DNA of 64,000 bases from Candidatus Saccharimonadales bacterium. Its GTDB lineage: Bacteria; Patescibacteriota; Saccharimonadia; Saccharimonadales; OMJO01. The DNA is taken from the NCBI GenBank assembly GCA_035480035.1, contig DATIID010000001.1:329323-393322 (forward strand). The letters are read 5' to 3'. Shown here one piece after another: positions 46,118 through 52,915 of the stretch. The position numbers and the translations under genes were made by a program. Each line of letters opens with the position of its first letter. The stretch's first letter is position 1. The notes under the pieces are model-generated. The model worked only from the letters and a program-made list of their open reading frames with translations, was not told the origin of the DNA and did no database searches.

Positions 46118-47167
46118 CTATTCTTCTGGCAGTATTGGGTACGGAGTAATGCTCGAGTAATCGTCACGTGACTCAGAATTGAAGTGGTGCCAAAGACCGA
46201 TACCATTAGTTACACCTAGTCTCTCCTGTGAGCAACCTCGTCGTATCAGGGCGTTGGTAACTTTGGGTGATGGGTGTTTCTTCGACGCTCTAGCAGCATG
46301 GATAAAAACTGTATGATTGTCACCATGGCTAGCACCCGGCTCTCCAAAGATACGATTTAGAATGGATTTGCCAAGGTTACGGTGGCTTCCATGGTGTGGT
46401 GCTTGGAAAAATTGAATAGGCGCACTCGAGAAGTTGCCGTAGATTGATTCATATTCATCAGCTGCATATTCAAGCGCTTCTATACCAGCGTCACCAGTAA
46501 ACATATGACGCCTACCATCTACCTCTAGAAGTGTAATTACTGAGCTACTGTTGCGCGGGCTGGTTATTCCGCTATCATCAAGGGTTTCGTCTGGCATCTG
46601 GCCCAGTGCCTTACCGGCCAAATCTTTAATTGCTGTTGATGCCTGAACCAAGCCGCTGCGAATGGCAAACATAGCTTTTGCTGCCGGGTCAAGTTGATCG
46701 TTGAGCAGACTTCTGTAGTAATCCTCATCTGGGCCAAGGACTCTAAGCCGTCCGTTAAAACGATATACTTTTACAAACGGATCTGAGATAGTCGTTCCGG
46801 CGTCCACCGCGTATCCAAGCAACAAGTCCAGGTTATCAAGATTAGTAAAACCATTCAGATTGTCGCGATAAAGCTGTGGCTGGTGAATCAACAACTCATC
46901 AACTGGAAATTGCTGGATGATAGTAAGCAGACCGTTCAAGTGGTCATTATCCGGGTGAGTGGAAATCATCAGATCGATTTTGCTAGCACCGTACCTTTTC
47001 GTAATAAAGTTAACCACATCGTCACCAACATCAGAAAAACCGCCATCGATTACTACTACCTTCTGGCCTGCATCGCTATCTTCTTTGAATCGCAAAGCTA
47101 TCGCGTCATAGCTGCTAGTGCTGTCAGGGTCGCTATCATTACCAGAGATAAAATCTATGTCAATCAT
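46118..47167 (-). CDS. MBL-fold metallo-hydrolase-like protein (atypical motif)
   Basis: VVVIDGGF ... DLMISTHPDNDHLNGL has HPDNDH in place of HxHxDH. Later motifs are FTGDAG and APHHGS. Confidence 0.55.
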   Translation of the reverse strand: MIDIDFISGNDSDPDSTSSYDAIALRFKEDSDAGQKVVVIDGGFSDVGDDVVNFITKRYGASKIDLMISTHPDNDHLNGLLTIIQQFPVDELLIHQPQLYRDNLNGFTNLDNLDLLLGYAVDAGTTISDPFVKVYRFNGRLRVLGPDEDYYRSLLNDQLDPAAKAMFAIRSGLVQASTAIKDLAGKALGQMPDETLDDSGITSPRNSSSVITLLEVDGRRHMFTGDAGIEALEYAADEYESIYGNFSSAPIQFFQAPHHGSHRNLGKSILNRIFGEPGASHGDNHTVFIHAARASKKHPSPKVTNALIRRGCSQERLGVTNGIGLWHHFNSESRDDYSSITPYPILPEE

Positions 47168-47170
47168 TGA

Positions 47171-47404
47171 TTAACCCTTCACATTACGCGGATCATGTCC
47201 ATAGCTATTGCGTGAGCCAATTTCGCCATTCTTGTTATGTATTAGCTGTTCGACATGGCGATTTCTAGCCATCTCGCGGCCAATGGCTTGGGCTTCCTGT
47301 TTTGTTTCGTAAATCTTGCTTGGCCTTGAAGCGCCCTCTGTTATATTGCGCCAGTTGGCCGCCTGTTGGTTGTATGTTGTATGAATATTTGGTTTATGTG
47401 CCAT
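47171..47404 (-). CDS. DUF2188-like small protein (77 aa)
   Basis: It has the pattern W..........TKQEAQAIGREMARN...EQLIHNKNGEIGSRNSYGHDPRNVKG. An AGGAGGG Shine-Dalgarno lies upstream, and the next gene follows after 3 nt. Confidence 0.55.
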   Translation of the reverse strand: MAHKPNIHTTYNQQAANWRNITEGASRPSKIYETKQEAQAIGREMARNRHVEQLIHNKNGEIGSRNSYGHDPRNVKG

Positions 47405-47779
47405 TGTAAGCCCTCCTTGTTGGACCTTATCTTGATTGTCATTATTAGACCGAATTCTAAAACACAGTATTTATTTTGGAGCCTCCCCCTCAGTGCCTAT
47501 CACTGCGGTAAGTTGCCACCTCTTACCTAATTCCAACATACTCTTGTGGCGGACGTTTGCATATTGTAGAATTGTCCACATATAGCGTAATGCTTATGCT
47601 TATAGACGCTATACTTAGCGTTTGTGATTGTTAAGATTTGTCTTCAACTTTGTCAAAAATTATGTGAGCCTCTTTTTTAGAGACTTCGCCCGAAAACAGA
47701 TTGAAACTGACTGGCCAATCAATAAACAAAAAGCCTTGATCAAAATAGCTAATTTTACAATAAACTGCAGTGGCAACAG

Positions 47780-47808
47780 TTGCCCATAAGAAGAATAACA
47801 GGTATAAT
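47780..47808 (+). promoter_or_regulatory. Sigma-70-type promoter of the tRNA-Gly/tRNA-Phe unit: TTGCCC, 17-nt spacer, TATAAT
   Basis: TTGCCC is at 47780-47785 and TATAAT at 47803-47808. The tRNA starts at 47820. Confidence 0.5.
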
Positions 47809-47819
47809 TTGCACGTTCT

Positions 47820-47896
47820 GCGGGTGTAGCTCAGTTGTTTAGAGCGCTTCCTTGCCAAGGAAGAGGCCAGGGGTTAGAGTCCCCTCACCCGCACCA
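47820..47896 (+). tRNA. tRNA-Gly(GCC), CCA encoded, with non-canonical D and T loops
   Basis: The sequence is GCGGGTG-TA-GCTC-AGTTGTTTA-GAGC-G-CTTCC-TTGCCAA-GGAAG-AGGCC-AGGGG-TTAGAGT-CCCCT-CACCCGC-A-CCA. Confidence 0.85.
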
Positions 47897-47899
47897 AGT

Positions 47900-47975
47900 G
47901 GCTCTTTAGCTCAGTTGGTAGAGCAGAGGCTTGAAGAGCCTTGTGTCCCCAGTTCGAGTCTGGGAGGAGCCACCA
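47900..47975 (+). tRNA. tRNA-Phe(GAA), CCA encoded
   Basis: The sequence is GGCTCTT-TA-GCTC-AGTTGGTA-GAGC-A-GAGGC-TTGAAGA-GCCTT-GTGTC-CCCAG-TTCGAGT-CTGGG-AGGAGCC-A-CCA. Confidence 0.9.
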
Positions 47976-48013
47976 ATAAATGTTTCAGCCTTTGGGCTGG
48001 AGCATTTTTATTA

Positions 48014-48141
48014 TGTGTCCCGGACGAGAACTGGATTACTGCGAAGCAGTCAGTTCGGTGAAGCGAGGTCACGCGCAAATGCTTGCATTGAGCATGACCG
48101 AACGGAAAAGGACGAAGTCCGCTGTCTGGGAGGAGCCACCA
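48014..48141 (+). pseudogene. Interrupted copy of the tRNA-Phe 3' portion (variable loop, T arm, acceptor, CCA)
   Basis: It reads TGTGTCCC, a 29-nt insert (48022-48050), CAGTTCG, a 66-nt insert (48058-48123), then GTCTGGGAGGAGCCACCA. This aligns with 47942-47975. Confidence 0.65.
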
Positions 48142-48143
48142 GC

Positions 48144-48178
48144 AAGAATCTCAGTTATTACTGGGATTCTTTCTTTTT
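48144..48178 (+). terminator. Intrinsic terminator closing the tRNA unit; it overlaps the MazG stop
   Basis: An 11-bp stem AAGAATCTCAG/CTGGGATTCTT has a TTATTA loop and is followed by CTTTTT. Confidence 0.55.
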
Positions 48179-48481
48179 AAATCGACCGGCATCACGAGTT
48201 TCAAGCTTAGCTATTGCATCAAGTAATGGCTTATCCAGCTCAATGCCTTGGCTATTAGCTAAACAAATGACAGTGTAAATAACATCAGCTAGCTCATCGG
48301 CCAAATCTTCGTGCTCTTCAGTTGATTTCTTGGGTTTGTCGCCAAACTGGTGATTAAGAATGCGGGCAACCTCACCAACTTCTTCGCTTAAGCGGGCCAA
48401 AATACTAAGCGGACTCCAGTACGGTTTCTCATATTGCTGTAGCTCATTATCAATTCGCTGTTGATAGGTTTTTAGAGACAT
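48158..48481 (-). CDS. MazG-like nucleoside triphosphate pyrophosphohydrolase (small, single domain)
   Basis: LSEEVGEVARIL ... DLADELADVIYTVICLAN fits the EExxE / ExxD MazG pattern. Confidence 0.75.
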   Translation of the reverse strand: MSLKTYQQRIDNELQQYEKPYWSPLSILARLSEEVGEVARILNHQFGDKPKKSTEEHEDLADELADVIYTVICLANSQGIELDKPLLDAIAKLETRDAGRFKKKESQ

Positions 48482-49248
48482 TACTTGGATTCTTTTGACA
48501 AAAACTCTTTAACGCTCGAAATGGTATCCATGAATTGGGCAGGGAAGATAATCGTGCTGTTTTTCTCTGCCGAGATCTCAGCCAAAACTTGCAAGTTACG
48601 TAGCTGCAAAGCAATCGGGTGGGCATTAATGATATCCGCTGCATCGCCCAAAGATTTGGCCGATAATTTCTCGCCTTCGGCGGCAATAATTTTGGCGCGC
48701 TTTTCCCTCTCGGCCTCGGCCTCTTTGGCCATCGCCCGCTGCATGGTGTCTGGCAATTGAATATCTTTGAGCTCAACATTACTGACATAAATGCCCCACT
48801 TTTCAGTGGCTTTGTCCAGAATGCCTTTGACAGCTTCGTTCAATGCAACTGTCTCACTCAAGACATGATCCAGGCTTGTCTGGCCAACTACATTCCTGAC
48901 AGTAGTTTGCGCAATTTGATAAGTAGCCGACACCACGTTTTCGATTTCAACTATCGACTTAATTGGATCAGCAACCTGATAGTAAGCCACGGCGGCAACA
49001 TCAATTGATACATTATCTCTGGTTATAATTTTTTGAGTTTCAATCGGCAAGGTAACAGTTCGAAGTGAAACTTTACGCATTTGGTCGACAATTGGAATAA
49101 TTAAACGTAGCCCGGGCTGTTTAACACCACTTTGAACTTTACCAAGGCGGAAAACCACACCGCGCTCGTACTGATTGATTAACCGAATACCATTAAGAAT
49201 AATGATAATGCCAATGATTATCAGTACCACAATAAAAGCCGACATCAC
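48481..49248 (-). CDS. SPFH/band-7 (stomatin-like) membrane protein
   Basis: It has an N-terminal TM helix, [11 protein letters not shown] and a C-terminal coiled region [22 protein letters not shown]. Confidence 0.8.
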   Translation of the reverse strand: MMSAFIVVLIIIGIIIILNGIRLINQYERGVVFRLGKVQSGVKQPGLRLIIPIVDQMRKVSLRTVTLPIETQKIITRDNVSIDVAAVAYYQVADPIKSIVEIENVVSATYQIAQTTVRNVVGQTSLDHVLSETVALNEAVKGILDKATEKWGIYVSNVELKDIQLPDTMQRAMAKEAEAEREKRAKIIAAEGEKLSAKSLGDAADIINAHPIALQLRNLQVLAEISAEKNSTIIFPAQFMDTISSVKEFLSKESK

Positions 49249-49351
49249 ACCTCCTGCTTACAGCTTTATTGTAGAAACTGTTGCAACACATAGCAAATAA
49301 ATAATCATGAGATTTGAGTTTTAAGCATAAAAAACGTACCATAACAGGGAT

Positions 49352-49435
49352 GCGCGAGTGGTGGAATGGTAGACACGCTTGTCTGAGGGGCAAGTGCCGC
49401 AAGGCGTGGAGGTTCAAGTCCTCTCTCGCGCACCA
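49352..49435 (+). tRNA. tRNA-Leu(GAG), type II, CCA encoded
   Basis: The sequence is GCGCGAG-TG-GTG-GAATGGTAGA-CAC-G-CTTGT-CTGAGGG-GCAAG, a long variable arm, GGAGG-TTCAAGT-CCTCT-CTCGCGC-A-CCA. Confidence 0.9.
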
Positions 49436-49533
49436 AACAATTCAGATATCCTGGGATATTTGAGTTGTTTGCATATGACAGGTCTTGAACCTTGGTCGAA
49501 AATGTCCTGTGGACATTTGAGTTTTCCTTGCTT

Positions 49534-49594
49534 GGCCGAGTGAGAAACGCATTTCGAACGAGCAATTAGAGTACAAGTCCTCTCTCGCGCACCA
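49534..49594 (+). pseudogene. Decayed tRNA-Leu(GAG) copy
   Basis: Its last 21 nt (49574-49594, CAAGTCCTCTCTCGCGCACCA) are identical to the tRNA 3' end. Its 5' part, GGCCGAGTG..ACGC, resembles GCGCGAGTG..ACGC with the D/anticodon region deleted. Confidence 0.55.
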
Positions 49595-49707
49595 GTGAAA
49601 ACGAATCTGTAAAACTAACTCATTCACCTAAAGTCTGTGATACAGCTTACAGACAAAACCAGCAATCAGCTTATAGTTGATAAGTTCAGGAGGTGCAGTA
49701 ATCATAT

Positions 49708-50004
49708 ATGGTTGAATCAGTACCGAACAGGGTTAGACGAGCCATTGGTGGTTTCCAGAGAACTGTACTTAACCAAGGTTACATTGATTATTTAACAGAT
49801 CGCGAAAAAGAGGAAAAAGAATATATTGACGGTCGCTTAGCCGAAATGGCCGGCCGGCTGGCGCTTAAACGCGAACGCCAGCCAAGTGAACGGTCCGACG
49901 AAGAATTCATTTTGGCCGAGGAGCTGTTTGATTTAGAGCGTGGACGAATTAAATTAGACCAGCCTGAAGCGGTTTCCTCGGTAACTGAGGAGTTGCCAAA
50001 ATAG
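49708..50004 (+). CDS. Hypothetical protein (98 aa)
   Basis: It is an ORF with an AGGAGG-like Shine-Dalgarno (caggaggtg) upstream. The sequence is charged and predicted helical, with no recognisable motif. Confidence 0.4.
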   Translation: MVESVPNRVRRAIGGFQRTVLNQGYIDYLTDREKEEKEYIDGRLAEMAGRLALKRERQPSERSDEEFILAEELFDLERGRIKLDQPEAVSSVTEELPK

Positions 50005-50072
50005 CATTTATATAATTTTGTCATTGAATCGCCATTAAAAAAGTGTATATTGAGTAATCAACTGAGGAAATT

Positions 50073-50537
50073 ATGGCACTTGCAAATGAATCAAAGACAG
50101 AATCGAGATTGACTGACGGCTTTATGGTAGCCCATACGCCGGTATTACATCGCGGCGATAAAGTTAATTCTACGATTCTAATTACAGCCGGCCTAATCGA
50201 AAGAGTAACTCTTCGGACACTCACTGGTATTGAGGATTATCCATCTTATGAATCTGCGAACTCAGCCCTAGCTAACTGGGTTGGCCGATTTGCTACCGAC
50301 GAACTATTGGATAACGAATTTAGGGCGTCCGGTTGGGATGCAAAGCGATACGATTCAATAGCTGATCTAGATAAGCTTGATCCGCGTCGACAATTGCCGT
50401 TTCTAATTCGTGGCCAAGAAGAGTTGGGTCGTTTAGTGATTTGTTCTGAGATAAATGACCCAGAAATGTTTGAAGTCGAAACTGAATTTACACCACGGGC
50501 GATTGATTTCTTAGAAGAAATCGGCGTTTTAGGGTAG
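50073..50537 (+). CDS. Hypothetical protein (154 aa)
   Basis: This is an ORF only, with a GAGGAA Shine-Dalgarno-like sequence upstream. Confidence 0.4.
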   Translation: MALANESKTESRLTDGFMVAHTPVLHRGDKVNSTILITAGLIERVTLRTLTGIEDYPSYESANSALANWVGRFATDELLDNEFRASGWDAKRYDSIADLDKLDPRRQLPFLIRGQEELGRLVICSEINDPEMFEVETEFTPRAIDFLEEIGVLG

Positions 50538-50601
50538 AATAATCGTCGAGTCAGCTGAAGCGCTTTGGTGAGTTAGCTGTTTATTAGTAGAATAAGACGA
50601 C

Positions 50602-50675
50602 GGCGCGATGGCCGAGGAGTTAGGCAAGGGTCTGCAAAACCCTGTACACGAGTGCGAATCTCGTTCGCGCCTCCA
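50602..50675 (+). tRNA. tRNA-Cys(GCA), CCA encoded
   Basis: The sequence is GGCGCGA-TG-GCC-GAGGAGTTA-GGC-A-AGGGT-CTGCAAA-ACCCT-GTAC-ACGAG-TGCGAAT-CTCGT-TCGCGCC-T-CCA. The discriminator is U73, as in Cys tRNAs. Confidence 0.85.
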
Positions 50676-50693
50676 TAGTAGTAATGAGACAAA

Positions 50694-50731
50694 CTAGTTA
50701 CCCCAAGAAGTAAACTTCTCGTGGACCCCGA
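50694..50731 (+). repeat. Hairpin element, copy 3 (degenerate): CTAGTTACCCCAAGAAGTAAACTTCTCGTGGACCCCGA
   Basis: It shares the ends CTA..ACCCCA and GTGGACCCCGA with the two copies at 52719 and 52773. The internal stem sequence differs but is still self-complementary. Confidence 0.6.
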
Positions 50732-50808
50732 GTACGGTTTTTCTCATCGCTCGTCAGCCAAGCTGAGTTTGCGAGCAAACCAAGCTCGCTGCTCTTTTCC
50801 CTTTAAGA

Positions 50809-50814
50809 TATAAT
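50809..50814 (+). promoter_or_regulatory. TATAAT -10 box upstream of tRNA-Leu(TAA)
   Basis: AGATATAAT ends 14 nt before the tRNA 5' end. Confidence 0.35.
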
Positions 50815-50828
50815 GCGGTTGACCACTC

Positions 50829-50916
50829 GGGCGAGTGGCGGAATTGGTATACGCGACGGACTTAAAATCCGTTGGCTGAATAAGCCTTGTGGGTTCAAGT
50901 CCCACCTCGCCCACCA
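50829..50916 (+). tRNA. tRNA-Leu(TAA), type II, CCA encoded
   Basis: The sequence is GGGCGAG-TG-GCG-GAATTGGTATA-CGC-G-ACGGA-CTTAAAA-TCCGT, a long variable arm, GTGGG-TTCAAGT-CCCAC-CTCGCCC-A-CCA. Confidence 0.9.
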
Positions 50917-50922
50917 TTTTTA

Positions 50923-52560
50923 TTAGCTGGTAGGCAAATGATTTAGTAAGTGATCAAGTGCGTAACTTTGACGAAGAAGCGGCTTGATATCATCGATTGA
51001 GACATTGACTTTAACACCTGGGTTGAGTGTGCCGTAGGGGTCAAAAATTTCCTTGAGCTTTCGAAACATTTCATAACGCTCATTACCATAAAGCTTCTTT
51101 AGGTAAGGGCCGCGCAAACGACCGTCGCCATGTTCGCCAGTCGTACTACCACCCAAATCAATCACCAAACTGTAATATTCATCAAGCAATTTAAACATTT
51201 TTTGACGATCACCAATCTGTGACAAATTCAGGAAGGGCTGGAAGTGCAAATTACCATCGCCGGCGTGTCCCCAAACAGCGGTATCAAGCGAGTATTTGCT
51301 AAATAACTCGTAGACTTTATCCAAATATTGTTTGAACTTGTCAATTGGGACTATTCCATCTTCTATAATTGGCAAAGGCTTGGCGCCATTGTTGGCTTGA
51401 TTGACTAACAAAGCCGCCGAATGACGAATTTTCCAAAGAGTTTCTTGTTGCTGTTCTTCAGTTTCAATTTGATAAGTAATCTGGTTTTTCTTAAGTAGTT
51501 TTTCAACCTTTTTAGTCATCTTTTTTTGAATACGATCAGACGAGTTATCGAATTCCACCAATAATATGAGTTTAGGAAATGGTTGTTTGACGATACCCTT
51601 TAGCAAGTTTGGATTGGTCTCATGAATAAAGTTAAGTAAATTAACATCAACGGCTTCCATAGCGCTTGGCCGTTCAGCAAATTTACGCAGTTCAATCATA
51701 ACTTCTTCAGCCAACTGCAAGTCATCAAAGAAGATTCCAATTAAGGTGCTGGATGGGTTATAAAGCTCGGTCTTTAAGGTAATTTCACTTACTACTCCGA
51801 GCGTACCTTGCGAGCCGACAAACAGTGGCGTCAAATCAAAACTACCATCTTTTCGTTTAACTTTATCAAGAGCGTAGCCGGCCGAGTTTTTGGTAATCGG
51901 CAGGTTCATCATGACCAAATGTTCGTGATTTTCTTCAATCAATTTATCAAGACTACGATAGACTTCGCCTTCAAAGGTTGATAAACCGAGCTTCTTATTA
52001 AGTTCGCGCTTACTTAACCGACCGGTGGTAATAACTTCACCATTAGCCAAAACAACCCGCAAAGTCTTAACGAAATCACGGGTAGACCCATACTTGATTG
52101 ACCGCTCGCCGCCGGCGTTATTGCCAACCGCCCCACCGACTGTACTAAATTCCAGTGAGGCTGGATATGGCGGCAAAAAACGTCCATGCGTGTGAAGAGT
52201 CTGTTGTAACTTACCATAGTTAATACCCGGCTCAACGACCACGGTGCCGACCTTGCCATCGAGTTCGATAATCCGATTCATATGAGCCGGAAAAACCATG
52301 ATGATACCACTGCCGAGCGCCGCGCCACTTTGATCGGTACCAAGCCCACGAGCCGTTATTGGCATAACCCGACCGCGTTCAGCTAACTGCCATGAGAAAC
52401 GGGTAACTTTACGAATATCATTTTCGTTTCGTGGATAAACAATAATCGAAGGCGTGACAGTTAACACGCTGCCGTCCGTCGAGAAATAAGCCCGCGCTTC
52501 CGTGCTGGTAATAACTTCTCCGGCCATGTGTTCTTGTAAATAATGTGCGACTTTGTTCAT
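50923..52560 (-). CDS. FAD-binding oxidoreductase (GlcD-like), paralog of 11264..12922
   Basis: It has TARGLGTDQSGAA, GGAVGNNAGGERS and GGSTTGEHGDG, the same architecture as the other copy. Confidence 0.75.
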   Translation of the reverse strand: MNKVAHYLQEHMAGEVITSTEARAYFSTDGSVLTVTPSIIVYPRNENDIRKVTRFSWQLAERGRVMPITARGLGTDQSGAALGSGIIMVFPAHMNRIIELDGKVGTVVVEPGINYGKLQQTLHTHGRFLPPYPASLEFSTVGGAVGNNAGGERSIKYGSTRDFVKTLRVVLANGEVITTGRLSKRELNKKLGLSTFEGEVYRSLDKLIEENHEHLVMMNLPITKNSAGYALDKVKRKDGSFDLTPLFVGSQGTLGVVSEITLKTELYNPSSTLIGIFFDDLQLAEEVMIELRKFAERPSAMEAVDVNLLNFIHETNPNLLKGIVKQPFPKLILLVEFDNSSDRIQKKMTKKVEKLLKKNQITYQIETEEQQQETLWKIRHSAALLVNQANNGAKPLPIIEDGIVPIDKFKQYLDKVYELFSKYSLDTAVWGHAGDGNLHFQPFLNLSQIGDRQKMFKLLDEYYSLVIDLGGSTTGEHGDGRLRGPYLKKLYGNERYEMFRKLKEIFDPYGTLNPGVKVNVSIDDIKPLLRQSYALDHLLNHLPTS

Positions 52561-52718
52561 AAATCTGTCTGACTCCCAAGTGCTTAACCTTAAAGCATTA
52601 GCGAGGCTATGAACAATATGATAACACAGCTAGCTCATCGAAGTTGGTTAGGAGTTGCTTTTAGGTGGCTTATAGCGTTAAGATTGAAAAGCTTTTAGCT
52701 TATGCGGATATGGCGGAA

Positions 52719-52754
52719 CTATACCCCACAAAGCAAGCTTTGTGGGGACCCCGA
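52719..52754 (+). repeat. Hairpin element, copy 1 (36 nt), inside the D loop of the split tRNA
   Basis: The sequence is CTATACCCCACAAAGCAAGCTTTGTGGGGACCCCGA. Removing it restores TGGCGGAATTGGTAGACGCG. Confidence 0.75.
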
Positions 52755-52772
52755 TTGGTAGACGCGCTAGTC

Positions 52773-52811
52773 CTACACCCCACAAAATGTTAAATTTTGT
52801 GGGGGCCCCGA
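52773..52811 (+). repeat. Hairpin element, copy 2 (39 nt), in the anticodon-loop region of the split tRNA
   Basis: The sequence is CTACACCCCACAAAATGTTAAATTTTGTGGGGGCCCCGA, with an 11-bp stem and the same termini as copy 1. Confidence 0.75.
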
Positions 52812-52828
52812 TCTTTAATTGAATTGAT

Positions 52829-52915
52829 GCCGCAGTGGTGAAATTGGTATACACGCTAGCTTCAGGAGTTAGTGAGCGCAAGCTCGTGGAGGTTCAAGTC
52901 CTCTCTGCGGCACCA
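52829..52915 (+). tRNA. tRNA-Leu(CAG), type II, CCA encoded
   Basis: The sequence is GCCGCAG-TG-GTG-AAATTGGTATA-CAC-G-CTAGC-TTCAGGA-GTTAG, a long variable arm, GGAGG-TTCAAGT-CCTCT-CTGCGGC-A-CCA. Confidence 0.9.

Noticed and set aside
47631-47858. Track ORF (-) of 75 aa upstream of tRNA-Gly
   Set aside because: Its only ATG lies inside the tRNA-Gly gene and the ORF overlaps the tRNA promoter. No alternative start with a Shine-Dalgarno is visible. I left it unannotated, although a shorter membrane peptide cannot be excluded.
48022-48123. SRP (4.5S) RNA-like motif in the tRNA-Phe-linked insert (CAGTCAGTTCGGTGAAGCGAGG vs the SRP CAGGUCCGGAAGGAAGCAGC)
   Set aside because: The resemblance is limited to a few nucleotides. 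There is no GNRA-capped domain-IV helix with the symmetric and asymmetric loops, so this is probably chance.
47852-48278. Three overlapping track ORFs (+) across tRNA-Gly, tRNA-Phe and the downstream structured region
   Set aside because: They read through tRNA genes. The region is better explained as RNA.
49193-49627. Track ORFs (-) at 49193..49417, 49305..49565 and 49442..49627
   Set aside because: They are antisense to tRNA-Leu(GAG) and its repeat region. There is no Shine-Dalgarno and the translations are implausible.
52678-52881. Track ORF (-) of 67 aa
   Set aside because: It is antisense to the split-tRNA region, the hairpin elements and tRNA-Leu(CAG), so it is an artefact.
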